From NCBI GenBank assembly GCA_965218095.1, contig OZ244587.1:1824001-1888000 (forward strand): DNA of 64,000 nucleotides, in the 5' to 3' direction. Positions within the stretch are counted from its first letter, which is position 1. Each line of letters starts with the position of its first letter. Shown here piece by piece: positions 31,035 through 42,329 of the stretch. The notes below the pieces were generated by a model. It made no database searches. It was not told where the DNA came from and was given only the letters and a program-made list of their open reading frames with translations. Position numbers and translations under genes: made by a program. The stretch comes from Candidatus Poribacteria bacterium. GTDB lineage: Bacteria; Poribacteria; WGA-4E; PCPOR2b.

Positions 31035-33810
31035 CTACCGTCGTGGCGCCGACTTCAGGGCGGCGCGGGCCCAAGCAAGATTGCGTTTGGCATCTGTGTA
31101 GCCGGGTCGCAGCCGGACCGCCTCTTTGAAGTGCCGGATCGCTGCTGCGAAGTTGCCGCGCTTGCCCAAAGCGAAGCCAAGGTTGTTATGCGTTTTTGCG
31201 TGGTTCAGTCGAAGGTGTAGCGCTTCCTCGTAGTGTTGAATCGCTTCCTTGTACTCGCCCTGGAGCATCAGCGCGTCCGCGAGCATTCGATTGGCGTCGA
31301 AGTTCTCGCTATTCGCGCGCACTGCCTTTGAAAGGAGCTTAACGATTCGCTTGTAATCCTTTGAAGGGATCAGCATACTCGCCTGTCGGATGAGGGCACT
31401 GCTGACGAGCCCTCCTAGATTCTTCTCGCGCATTTCCTCAATGGCCGAGCTCGCGTCGGAGGAGAGTTCAAAATCAACCAGATTCGCGACAGGCTCAAGA
31501 TGTTCGCGCAGGTTGTCAAGGAGTGAGATTTCATTCCCCTCCGTTTCGTGCGCACGGCTTGTCGCGTAGTCGAGAACCGGGAGGTCATCCCGGTATAGGC
31601 GAGCGTCCGCCGCCAGGTCAGCTAGCCCGCGAGGGCCCATCAGGTGGCCGGCGAGAAGTACCTGCGGGCGATTGAGCCAATATTTAGAGCCACCCCAATA
31701 GCCGTACCGCAAGTCTCAATGGAGGCGCTCGTCGGACGACAGCCGCTTGAGGGCGGTTCTATGGAGTTTGACTTGCTCATCATTGACACCGATCAGCAGC
31801 AACTCCGAACTGTTAAACCACAGAACGCTCTGCGGGAAGGTATCAAGGAAGGTTCGCAGAAGGTTCGCAACACACTTCGGAACTGGTCGATCGTGAAAAC
31901 CGGAAACGGTACGAATTGGGCGAGGACACCGCTGATTTCTATCGTCGCGCCCGGGCGCGACGATAGAAATCAGCGGTGTAGAAGAACGCAACGCCGGGGC
32001 GAAAGATCTGTCCGACCTCAAGCGAGATCACGTCCTGCATTGCGTCGCTGTAGCGCAGGTAGTTGCGGCCGTCTTCGCGAATCAGTGCGACTCGTCCGTC
32101 GTCCATCCACTTCGAGTCGAAATGCTCTCGGATAAATTCAAATATCGTTGGCTCGATGTCCACGCATTCGAGGCGATCGATGTCGTACATCAGAAAGCGA
32201 CTCGCCGTTTGTCCAGTGCCGACGCCGACCACGAGAACGCTCCTGGGATTGGGATGTAAAAGCATCAATATGTGCGCAGCCATCACCTGCTGATTCTTAC
32301 GGTCTGCGCCCTGCCACAACCGATCGATTTCGAGTGCGAGCGCGCCTTTGTTCCGGATGACCGCGAGGTTCGATCCGAACCCTTCGCGGAAGTCAACAAG
32401 CCTCTCACGCTCACCAAGAAAGTCGGCAGGGATTCGAGTCCCTGCGGCGAGCGGAATCCCAATCCAGATGAGCAATGAGATGACGACAGCCGCCCCCCGA
32501 AACAACGGAGAGAAGGTTCGATCGAGCCAGATCCAGGCGGAGAATCCGGTCGTCAGGCTCACACCTGTGATGAATAGGAGGCTAATCTTTAATCCGAACG
32601 CGGGTAGGCCCACGAATCCAACCACAAGCGACCCAAGAATGCCTCCCAGGGTGTTAATCGCTGCCATCCGCTCTGTGCCGGTGCTTGCGTTCGATGCGTC
32701 CCCGACGGCCATCCGCACCGCGAGGGGAAATGACGCGCCCGAAAGGACGGCGGCGGGCAGGAGCAAGATAAAGTAGAGCCCCAGTTCTCCTTCGACCCCT
32801 CGCCAAATACTCCGAGACAGGGTCATCGGGGTTAGAACCGATAGCCCTGTGAGCATCTGGAGTGTGCCAAAATATCGGGCCCGCGCCGCCAATCGATCAA
32901 AGAGGCGGGAGGCAAGCATGCTCCCGAGCACGATGCCGACCAGCACCACCGTCAGCGTCAACGTATAGGTGTAGACGGTATTGTGAATCAACAGCCCCAG
33001 ATAGCGTGTCCAGAGCACCTCGCCACCGAGGGCAACGAAGCCAACAGAAAAGAACAGTACCGAGATGAGCACCTGGCTGCCCGCGGGGGGCAATTGCGTC
33101 TCTCGGCGTGGGGTTTCAGGCGTCGCCGCTTTGACGGTCTGCAAGGATCCGACGGCTATCCCGCAAAGGATGTTCAGGCCGGCTCCAAGCCACACCGTGA
33201 GGCGGAGACCGATCGTCGGAAGCAGCACAAGTCCGGCGATGGCGCAGCCCAGTGCTGCTCCCAGCGTGTTCACGCTATAGAGCAAACCGACGGAACTAGC
33301 GATCCTTGAGTCGCTGACGACATACTAGCGGCAGAAGAGCGGGAGCGTTCCGCCCATGAGTATTGTTGGGGGCAGAACGACGAGCGAGACCAGAATGAAA
33401 CGCGCAAAGAATAAGGAGTGCGATGCGATCGGCAAAGGCCCGGTAGAGCTCTCCGTAGAGGTTATCCACGAGGTCGAACGCGTAAGGACTCACCAGAGCG
33501 AACAATCCGAGCACGAGCTCGATCAGCGCATAAAGCTTCAGCGGCCGCGCAGTCACCTGGCCAATGCGTCCGAAAAGATAACTCCCGCAGGCGAGCCCGA
33601 GGAAGAAGACCGCGAGGACTGTGCTGACGGCAAACGTCGTGGATCCGAAAATCAGAGAAGCCTTCCGCATCCACGACACCTCGTAGACCAATCCCGCGAA
33701 GCCAGAGAGGAAGAAGCAAATAATCGCGACGATGTTCTGGGTACTGTAAGCCCCCTTCCAGGGCAGCGATGAATGTGCCTAGTGGTTGGAATTCAAAGTA
33801 TTACCCACAT
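31035..33810 (-). pseudogene. Fused membrane/spermidine synthase-like protein with C-terminal TPRs, several lesions
   Basis: SGFAGLVYEVSW, LYSVNTLGA, VLVVGVGTGQTA, EDGRNYL, TPR tail; split into 4 ORFs by frameshifts and stops. Confidence 0.85.
31926..31979. repeat. Perfect 54-bp palindrome inside the pseudogene
   Basis: ACACCGCTGATTTCTATCGTCGCGCCC|GGGCGCGACGATAGAAATCAGCGGTGT. Confidence 0.95.
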
Positions 33811-33821
33811 CTCGCCTTTCG

Positions 33822-34001
33822 TCTTTATTCTCCTTCAAAACTAGTAATCAAGTCCTTGCAGTATTTCATCGCAACCGGCAACAGTTCCGCTTCGCCAGGC
33901 GGCCCTAAGTGTTCAGGTTGCACCACGCCCCGGTAGCCGATGTCGTATAACCCCCGCATCACCTGCTCGATCTTCGCTATCCCCTTTCCCGGAAATACCT
34001 C
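33822..34001 (-). repeat. Near-identical copy of the last about 180 bp of the isomerase gene (29575-29754)
   Basis: Direct repeat with only scattered substitutions. Confidence 0.92.
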
Positions 34002-34017
34002 TTACCTCAGGCAGCTC

Positions 34018-34845
34018 CTATCCATGAAAAACCTGCACTCGTTCGGCCTCTTTACCCGTCACCGTAGCGGGAGCAAGTGCACCCTTCCCGAAAATTACCG
34101 GAAACGTATCCCCCGTACGCACGGAGCGAGTTGCCGCATCCACATAGGTTGCGCTGAACGCTCGCCGGGGCACCAAAGTCGTGTTAACGCTCGAGCAGTG
34201 CAGCAAAAAGTTGTGCAGCAGAATGGTCTCTCCTGCCTCCGCTTCTAAGTCGATTACATCTTCGTCCCGGGCATATTTTGCCTGGTCTTCCTCCGAAGTG
34301 AAGTGCTTTTCGTTGAGAATGCCTAGATTATTGCTGCCCGGCACAATCTGCATACAACCACTGGCCACGGTAGCCGCATCGAGGGCAGTCCACACCGTGA
34401 TGATCGGATTGGTATCGATGCCCCAACCAACGCCGACATCCTGGTGCCAAGGCAACTCCGTCCCACGCGCGGCGGGTTTATTCATGAACATGGAGCGAAA
34501 AACCGAAACTTCTTCCCCGATGTAGCGGCGGGTAATCTGGCGGATGAGGGGATGCTGCATATAGGCGAGGAAAATCGGATCCTGTTCCAGGTCGTCAATG
34601 CGCCGATAGTTGAGGGTCGATTTTTCGTTTCCTATGGTACGCTTCCTCTTGGCCTCGGGATACTTGGGGTCAAGTTGAAAACGCATGTTATCGTAGCGAA
34701 TTCGGCCCAGCATAATATCGTCTATGCGCTGCTGCAGGGCGGCCAGTTCATCGGGTGACAGGAGTTTGCCTAAACGCAGGTAACCCTGTTCGATAAACTG
34801 CGCGTGGTGCCGGTCTTCAAACGAGAAAAGCGTTTCCGATCTCAT
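34018..34845 (-). CDS. Phytanoyl-CoA dioxygenase (PhyH) family protein
   Basis: FIEQGYL, PWHQD, GCMQIVPGS, LLHCS. Confidence 0.92.
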   Translation of the reverse strand: MRSETLFSFEDRHHAQFIEQGYLRLGKLLSPDELAALQQRIDDIMLGRIRYDNMRFQLDPKYPEAKRKRTIGNEKSTLNYRRIDDLEQDPIFLAYMQHPLIRQITRRYIGEEVSVFRSMFMNKPAARGTELPWHQDVGVGWGIDTNPIITVWTALDAATVASGCMQIVPGSNNLGILNEKHFTSEEDQAKYARDEDVIDLEAEAGETILLHNFLLHCSSVNTTLVPRRAFSATYVDAATRSVRTGDTFPVIFGKGALAPATVTGKEAERVQVFHG

Positions 34846-34912
34846 TTTGTCAATCTCCTTATGGGGGTGCTGACCAAAATCGTGTAAAAATGCACGAATC
34901 TGGGTGTTACCC

Positions 34913-35150
34913 GAATGGCACTGACTTAAACCAAAAGTGGTAGATGGATGCCCGTCTTTTCTCGCTTTTTAAGGGGGAAAGAGAGAAATAAAACCGAGCG
35001 AACTCAAAACTCACATTATGAGTTGCCATCGGACGAGATGGAAGATTCTCCCCGGGCCACCTGCTCCCTTTCTCCCCCGCAAAAAATAGCGGACAAAACC
35101 TGTCAATGCTTGATTCTTCCTACAATAATCTCGTTAAGTCAGTGCCATTC
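34913..35150. mobile_element. Non-autonomous IS derivative (238 bp) with perfect 17-bp TIRs
   Basis: GAATGGCACTGACTTAA ... TTAAGTCAGTGCCATTC. Confidence 0.78.
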
Positions 35151-35599
35151 CTTCATACTCTATTTTATTTCAGAAACCCACTAAACCATAGACGGCTTAA
35201 ATTGATACGAATAGGATAGAGTCATGTGGCTCCAATTATACCCATTTCCCCATCAATGTCAACGAAAAAATGTTGACGGAGGGAGTGAAATTTGTTAAAA
35301 TGCTTCACTACAAAATCCTCGTTATCAAGACGTTGGACAGCGCAAACATGACGACACATTGAGGAAAAATTTAGATGAAACTGGGCGATGACACAAAAGA
35401 CAATCATCAACGGATACAGAACTTATTCTTTTTAATCAAGCCGTGCATGCTCGCCTGAAGATAGTGGTCGTCCGCCCGGTTATATGGAGTATAGCAAAAT
35501 CAAGGTAACACCCAGTTCATCAGTTGCTTTCCAGGAACACAATACGCAAAAGTGTCCAAGATGTTAGCGAATAGTGCACACGCTCAGGGAGAATTACTC

Positions 35600-36274
35600 A
35601 TGAAAATAGTCAACGACGTTGAAGTTTTGACGACGATCCAGGAACTGGTCCATTCAGCTCATTCCGCGGTTCTCGTCATCGATATGCAGAACGGCGGTTT
35701 GAAAACACTTACCTACGAAGAACCCGGCTTTGAGAGGAGCGGCACTCAAGTTTCCAACTTGGCCGCCATCGTTCCAAACATCCAACGCCTGCTGATAGCG
35801 GCCAGGAATGCCGGTATATTCGTGGCCTACGCTGAATGGATCGACCGGTCGAAAGACGGAGTCCCTCTGGTGAACGGTCCCCACCTTTACTGCCACCGCG
35901 ACGACGTCGAGCCTCCCAACGTTATCGAAGACAGTTGGGAATCGCAGACGGTCGGAGAACTCGCGCCACAGCCCGGAGACTACGCCTTCCGCAAGAGTTG
36001 GTCCAGCGCTTTCCACCACACGGGGCTCGACGATGTTCTCAGAAGGCGCAACATCCGAAGCGTGATTACCGTGGGTTGCATCACTGGTGGCTGCGTCCTC
36101 AAAAGCGCGGTGGACGCCTCCCACCACAACTACTATCCTGTTCTCGTCAGAGACTGCGTCGGTTCTTACAACCAAGAGAGCCACGACCTGGCATTAAAAT
36201 GGCTCGAAACCAAGTTCCCTGTCTTTGACCGCGAGGAGATTGAGGCCACGTGGCTAAGATACGGCAAATGCTAA
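35600..36274 (+). CDS. Isochorismatase-family cysteine hydrolase
   Basis: LVIDMQN, KSWSSAF, GCITGGCVLKS. Confidence 0.9.
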   Translation: MKIVNDVEVLTTIQELVHSAHSAVLVIDMQNGGLKTLTYEEPGFERSGTQVSNLAAIVPNIQRLLIAARNAGIFVAYAEWIDRSKDGVPLVNGPHLYCHRDDVEPPNVIEDSWESQTVGELAPQPGDYAFRKSWSSAFHHTGLDDVLRRRNIRSVITVGCITGGCVLKSAVDASHHNYYPVLVRDCVGSYNQESHDLALKWLETKFPVFDREEIEATWLRYGKC

Positions 36275-36323
36275 GACCGACTTGGCACGCCTCACGCTCC
36301 GACGTCCCCCCCGGAGGCCACAC

Positions 36324-37106
36324 ATGATCACCAACGACCACATGCAGCAGTACCACGGTGAGGGCTATCTGTTGCTCAAGGACGTGGTGCCGCCGGTCCG
36401 CCTGCCCGAGGTTCGGGAAAGTTACGACCGGACCGTCCACGAGGCCCTGTGGCTCGACCTGGCGGATAAGAATCCGGAGACGGGCGGGATCAAAAAACAC
36501 CGCGCGCAAAACCCGCACCATCCCGCCCTCGTCCAGGGTCCGCTCATGGAAGTCCTGTGCGCCCCGGCGCTGGTTGATTTCTACCGGCGCCGGGGCGGAT
36601 CGGTGTTTGCTTTCTATAGTGCCGTACTCTTCGTCATGAGGGAGGACTACGACCACCCGGGTGCCTGGCACTGGGATTCGTATGGGCTGTGGGGCAAGGA
36701 CTCGGCCAAGGAGAAGGCAACCCGCACACTGCCGGTCTGCCCTTCTACCCAGATCCTCGTGGTGTTCGAGGACGACGACTGTTTCTGGTTCGTGCCAGGC
36801 TCGCACAACCGCGCCAACACGCCGGACGAGGAGGCACGGTTTGAACAAAACCTGATCGCTGCCACGGAGATCTTTCCCGGCGCCGTGCCGTTCGACTTTC
36901 GGGGCATCCACCGTGGCCTTAAGCCCCTGGGCCGCACGCGTCGTGCACTGTTCATGGTCTACGGCGTACCGGAGGAGATGCCGTACTCGAAGTACACCGA
37001 GTGGTCCGCGGATCCCGCCTTTGCGGACCCTTCCTATCTTGCCTCGCTGCCCGATCCCCTGCGCCAGTCGATCGAGCAGACCATCAAGGCATGCAAGAAC
37101 GCCTAG
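36324..37106 (+). CDS. PhyH-family dioxygenase
   Basis: YHGEGYLL, WHWD, FVPGSH, IHRG. Confidence 0.82.
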   Translation: MITNDHMQQYHGEGYLLLKDVVPPVRLPEVRESYDRTVHEALWLDLADKNPETGGIKKHRAQNPHHPALVQGPLMEVLCAPALVDFYRRRGGSVFAFYSAVLFVMREDYDHPGAWHWDSYGLWGKDSAKEKATRTLPVCPSTQILVVFEDDDCFWFVPGSHNRANTPDEEARFEQNLIAATEIFPGAVPFDFRGIHRGLKPLGRTRRALFMVYGVPEEMPYSKYTEWSADPAFADPSYLASLPDPLRQSIEQTIKACKNA

Positions 37107-37696
37107 TTTAAGTCATTGTGCAGTTTAAAGGTCAGAAGGCTTATATCGCGTACGTCAAACTCGTGCCTATGAACGCGGCGGAAGCTGTCGAGTTGAAGAA
37201 GCAACGTCAATGCAAACGGAGGCGAGTATTATATCGGACTCAGTGTTTTCCGTACATCCTCTACTTTGTCGACGAAGGGGTTTATCGACTCGAATCCTCT
37301 CCGCCTCGGGGGCTGTCGGTCCCCGTTAACCTGTTGGCGGGCAGCTATGCGGCCGATTCGATCCGTGGCGAGGTGAAACCGCCCGTCTGCCGACGCTTGA
37401 AAGCGACGGTACGGCTTCTCTGCTCATTCCCAAATTCAGTGAGGATATGGCCGTCTTGCTTGATCGCGCGGGTTAATTCGCTAATTGACCGCCCGGCACG
37501 ATGGGGGGCTTTGACGATATAAAAATGGCTTAAACCCCTATGCTAACTGGATTTGAGCCATTTTGCTGTACGATAACGAGTAAGTCCACATCACTGTCGA
37601 ATTTGTTGTTTCCTCCCACCCACGAACCAAATAGAATAATGCCCAAGGCCCGTTTTCACATCCGTGAAATCGGGAGACTCTCAAAGTCGCAGGTCT

Positions 37697-38743
37697 TCAG
37701 ATTGTAAAGAAGAAGGTTTCAGAACGCATTGTCGCCAAGCCGATTTGGGAGAATCCGCCTCGCCCGCGGCCCCCAAGACGCTTATCCGCCACAGCCCGCG
37801 GCTCACCGCTGCTGCGCCCTTCGTACCATATGTAGTACACATCGTCGACTTTGATCGTTGTGCCATACCAAATTCCACAGTCATCCCACTCACCCTCGGC
37901 GCCCCGCTCAAAGATGGGATTCCCCTCATATTTCGTCCAATGGATCAGGTCATGTGACGCAGCTACACCGAAGTACCACGGGGTGTCCTCGTGCCGGTCG
38001 CTGCCAGCGTAGACCATGTACCAGATGCCCTTATCGCGGAAGATGCGGTGCGTGGTCACGGATAGGCTTTCCCAGCTCCCCGGTGGACCAACGGTCAAAA
38101 CCATCTGGCGTTGGATATGGTCAAAACGGCAGGGATCAGGCGAGCGCACCAGGAAGATGTCGGTGCCGCCGCGTTCGTTGTACCCAGAGTAGAAAAGCCA
38201 GTACTCACCGGCGTGAAAGATAACTTCCGGGGCGGCGGCAAACGCCGGTATAACCGGCTCAGTCGCCCAACGCCGAAAGCTCAACCCATCATCCGACACC
38301 GCCAGGGCAATGCTTTTGGCCGCGTGCCCCCACGAACCGCCTCTACCTGTTTTCGTGGTGCTTTCGGACGCGCGTCGAGGCATCGGAACCGCTGTGTAGT
38401 ATAGCAAGAATGCCCCATCAACGATCAGCACGGAGGGGTCAATGGCGCCCATGTCGTCAATGCTGCCCGGCTCGCCGGGCACCGTGACCGGATTGCCGGG
38501 ATATTCGCGCCAAGTGACCCCGTCAAACGCGTCAACTGGGCAGGTAAGCAAGCCGATATACGCCTTGACGATGCCATTTTCATCTTTGCATTGACCGCGA
38601 AAGTAGAGACGCCATTCGTCCTGCCATTGCACGATATCTACATTGGCTGTCACATTGTCTCGCCAAGTGTTGGGTACAACTGGAATGGTTGGGTTCGCTG
38701 GATGCCGCTTTAGAAAACCTTCTGACATGTTTTTAGCCTCCAT
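37697..38743 (-). CDS. Five-bladed beta-propeller glycoside hydrolase (GH43/32/130-like)
   Basis: Repeated W..YPGNPV, DPSV...LYYT, WTKYEGNPIF blades. Confidence 0.8.
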   Translation of the reverse strand: MEAKNMSEGFLKRHPANPTIPVVPNTWRDNVTANVDIVQWQDEWRLYFRGQCKDENGIVKAYIGLLTCPVDAFDGVTWREYPGNPVTVPGEPGSIDDMGAIDPSVLIVDGAFLLYYTAVPMPRRASESTTKTGRGGSWGHAAKSIALAVSDDGLSFRRWATEPVIPAFAAAPEVIFHAGEYWLFYSGYNERGGTDIFLVRSPDPCRFDHIQRQMVLTVGPPGSWESLSVTTHRIFRDKGIWYMVYAGSDRHEDTPWYFGVAASHDLIHWTKYEGNPIFERGAEGEWDDCGIWYGTTIKVDDVYYIWYEGRSSGEPRAVADKRLGGRGRGGFSQIGLATMRSETFFFTI

Positions 38744-39683
38744 TTCCCTCTTCTATCTTGCGGATAAGCGCCTTGAGGTTCGCATAATTCGTGCGCATTG
38801 CTTCTTCATGTGAGCCGCCGGGCGGAAGAAAGTGAGTTGCGACTGCGAGAACGGCGTTACAGTGGTAGTCGCGCAGATTTCGCAGAATCGTCTGATAATC
38901 GACATCACCGGCGCCGATCGGCCGGTACTCAAATTTGAGGTGAAGCCCATCAAGTACATGCAGATCTTTCAGGTGGAGCCCATGTAGATAAGGCTTCATG
39001 TTATAAAATCCCGCTGTCGCTACATCCCACTCACCGCAGTTCAGGTTGTCGGCCGGCCCCCACAAAGCCTTGATCCGTCTGGAGTTCAGGCGTTCGGCGA
39101 GACGGCGCAAATTGCCGGTCGTATTGGTATAGTTCCAAGGCTCCATGGTGAGGATAACATCAACGTCGTAGCGCTCCGCCTGCTCCACCACCATGGAGAA
39201 AGCTTTAACCAGCTTTTCCATGTCGATATCAGCGATGGCACCGCCCCGCGTTAGCCATCGCATCGGCCAGGTGGGTTTGCCCGCGGTGTACTCGCCAGGC
39301 CAAGCGAAAGTGTGGGCGCAAACCGCACTTACACCCAGTCGGGCGGCGATCTGCATCGAGCGAATCAGGTCGTTTAGCTCCTTGCGAAAGTCTGGGTGCT
39401 CCCCCATCGTCTCCAAAGAAAGATTGCTCAAATGAATCTGCTTGAAGGGATTGCCCGCGCTGATGAGGAACAGCTTTAGATTGTGTCGGGCGACGCGTTC
39501 AGCCATGCGATCCACCTCAATGTCGCTCATCTGGGCAATGGGCGGTTCATTGAGCAGGCGATTAAACCAGACATATTCCGCCCCGATCTCTTTAGCCGTT
39601 GCTAACGCATCATCAAAGGGCAGATGTAATTCTGGGAGGTACATACCAAGTTTGAATCGATAGTCGGTCATTTGTCGTGACAT
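38733..39683 (-). CDS. Sugar phosphate isomerase/epimerase
   Basis: LHGLHLKD, PIGAGDVDY; TIM-barrel pattern. Confidence 0.82.
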   Translation of the reverse strand: MSRQMTDYRFKLGMYLPELHLPFDDALATAKEIGAEYVWFNRLLNEPPIAQMSDIEVDRMAERVARHNLKLFLISAGNPFKQIHLSNLSLETMGEHPDFRKELNDLIRSMQIAARLGVSAVCAHTFAWPGEYTAGKPTWPMRWLTRGGAIADIDMEKLVKAFSMVVEQAERYDVDVILTMEPWNYTNTTGNLRRLAERLNSRRIKALWGPADNLNCGEWDVATAGFYNMKPYLHGLHLKDLHVLDGLHLKFEYRPIGAGDVDYQTILRNLRDYHCNAVLAVATHFLPPGGSHEEAMRTNYANLKALIRKIEEGNGG

Positions 39684-39793
39684 TTTCCTCTCTCAACAGA
39701 AAGGCTCACTGTTGTCTGGTTATTTGTCTGTTTTTTTCGATTGCAATTATAACTCTACATTGTATCCTTATGTATTCTTAACGACTTGTGCTA

Positions 39794-40605
39794 GGTTCTG
39801 TTGACATTTGAGTATAAGGTTGTGGCATAATAGAAGAATGACGCCAATAACCTTACCTGATGAACAATGGAATAAGATATACCGGTTTCTTCTTAGCTGT
39901 CCCACCATCTATGTTGGCGACGAAGCTGTCCTGTGGGTGACTCGTAGCGGGGCTCAATGGAGACTTCTACCAGACACCTATGGCAAATGGAACACCCGCT
40001 ACAAGCGGTTTGCTCGATGGTGCGACAAAGGTATCTTCACACAGATGCACCCCCACTTTGCCTCTGACCCCGATATCGAGTCGCTTATTGTGGACAGTAC
40101 CATCTCCCGTCTGCGGCGGGTTGCGGCGGGTGCCTTAAAAAGCTGGCGCCTTAAAAAAAACGGTGGCACTGAAAACCAAGCATTAGGTCGGTCTCGGGGC
40201 GGTTTCAGTACAAAAATTCACATCACCGTTGACGGACTAGGCAATCCCCTAAGAATTCATCTGACACCCGGTCAGAGACATGACATAACTGAGGCGGAAG
40301 GGTTGATAATCGGATATAACAGTGAATATGTGATTGGAGACAAGGGGTACGATTCGGACGCTTTTATCGCGGTTATTGAGGCGAATGGAGCGATTGCGGT
40401 GATACCGCCAAAAAGTCATCGTGTTAACCAAAGAACGTATGACAAACACTTATACAAAGAGAGACATCGGGTTGAATGTTTCATCAACAAGATAAAATGG
40501 TATCGCCGCATCTTCTCTCGGTTTGAGAAGCTAGCTGTCCGTTATTTTGGATTTCTCAGCTTTGTCTCCACTCTTATATGGCTCCCTTGAAATGTCAACA
40601 GAACC
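39794..40605 (+). mobile_element. IS5-family (IS427-like) element, copy 1, with a 24-bp in-frame deletion
   Basis: TIR GGTTCTGTTGACATTT/AAATGTCAACAGAACC, TA duplication; transposase [24 protein letters not shown]. Confidence 0.95.
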
Positions 40606-40650
40606 TAGCACAAGTCGTTAATTATTAAAAAGTAATGACTGTAGAGATTA

Positions 40651-41434
40651 GGTTCTGTTGACATTTCATCGTAACCAGATAATCGCAGCAACGAAACTCA
40701 GAAACCCCAAATAGCGACCCGCCAACTTATCAAAACGACTGAAGATACGCCTATAGTGCTTGATTTTGTTGATGAAGCATTCCACCCGATGTCTCTCTCG
40801 GTACAGATGCGTATCATAGTCTCGTGACTCACGGCGGTTGATACGGGGACGAATCACTAGCTCTGCACCCATACGGGTTATCAACTGCACCAATGAATCC
40901 GCGTCATACGCTGAGTCGGCTATCACATACTCACTGCTATACCCTTCTGCACAAGTCATGGCGTGGCGTTGTCTAGCCGTCAGCGCAAAACGTAATGGAT
41001 TGCCTAAGCCATCAACCGTGATGTGAATTTTGGTTGAAAATCCACCCGCATTACGTCCGAGTGCCTGTGAGGCTTGACCGCCACTTGTTTTCAAACCCCC
41101 TGCAGCACAGGGGTGAGCGCGGCAGATGGTACTGTCACCATATCTGGGTCGTTGACAAAGTGTTGATGCAGCCGTTGGAAGATGCCTCTATCGCACCAGC
41201 AAGCAAATCGTTTATAGACGCTGTTCCAACTGCCGTACTCTTTTGGTAGGAGTCGCCATTGACTACCACTACGAGTTATCCAAAGCACTGCTTGGACAAA
41301 ACGTTTTAAGTTCGCTTGCTGTCCGGTGTAGACATCGGAACAGGTTTGCAGGAATGCTGCTATTTTTGACCATTGATTATCGGATAAGGTAAGTGTTGAC
41401 ATATCGTTATTATGCCATAAATGTCAACACGTCC
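40651..41434 (-). mobile_element. IS5-family (IS427-like) element, divergent and degenerate two-ORF copy
   Basis: Related TIRs, TA flanks; orfA 41091-41402, orfB 40666-41094; the VDST region is deleted. Confidence 0.92.
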
Positions 41435-41514
41435 TATACAAATGAGCCGCTCCGAAAGCCAGTGGGCGTGAATTTCCTTGAGTAAATTCCTTTCTGGCTT
41501 GGTTTTCTGCGTCC

Positions 41515-42290
41515 TTATTCAAACGTCGCTGGTCGCAGTTGCGCGGACATCCCACCATCCACATAGAGAACTTGGCCAGTCACAAACGTGGCCTCGTCGC
41601 TGGCGAAATAGAGGATTGCACTGGCAATGTCCGCCGGTTCACCCAATCGCTCCAGGGGCACCATTTACACGCTTGTGCGATTTTCTCTTCGCTTCCGATA
41701 ACAGATGACCAAGCTGGCGTGATAATCGATACGGGCCCAACCGCGTTGATCCTTATATTCCACGGGGCAAGGTCGAGGGCCATCGCCCGCGTCGCCGCCT
41801 CTAAGCCACCCTTGCTGGCGTCGTAGGCAACCATCTTGCGGTGGGCTTGGCTCGCAGCCACACTGCTGATGTTGACGATGGCGCCAGGCTTTTCCTGTTC
41901 CACCATCAGCCACGCTGCCTGCTGAGAACACATAAACATGCTTTTGAGGTTGTTCGCCAACACCGTATCCCAAAATTCCTCCGTCATGTCCAAGAAGTGG
42001 GCTACGGGTGTGCTCCAGGCCGCGTTGTTTACCAAGATGTCCACCGTGCCGAATACTGCCTGTGTCTTTTCGAAAAGTTGAGTCACTTCGTCCGACAGGC
42101 TCACGTCTGCGAGCACCGCCAGCACCCGACTGCCGAGTGCCTGCAGCGATTGTTCGGCTTCACCTAACGTGGCCTCATCGCGATCATTAACGACAACTGT
42201 CGCACCCTCTTGCGCAAACCGCTCGGCGATTCCACGGCCAATGCCCTGCCCCGATCCGGTTACGATGGCAACTTTGTCTTTCAAGCACAT
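41515..42290 (-). pseudogene. SDR oxidoreductase, frameshifted near 41668
   Basis: TGSGQGIG, NNA, YDASKGG; the C-terminus [12 protein letters not shown]...[11 protein letters not shown] is in another frame. Confidence 0.87.
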
Positions 42291-42329
42291 GATTCTTTTC
42301 CTCTGACTTTGAGCTTGTTGTGAATATGG

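Noticed and set aside
37285-37312. GACTCGAATCCTCTCCGCCTCGG resembles a tRNA 3' end or att site
   Set aside because: No cloverleaf, no proper T-stem and no CCA.
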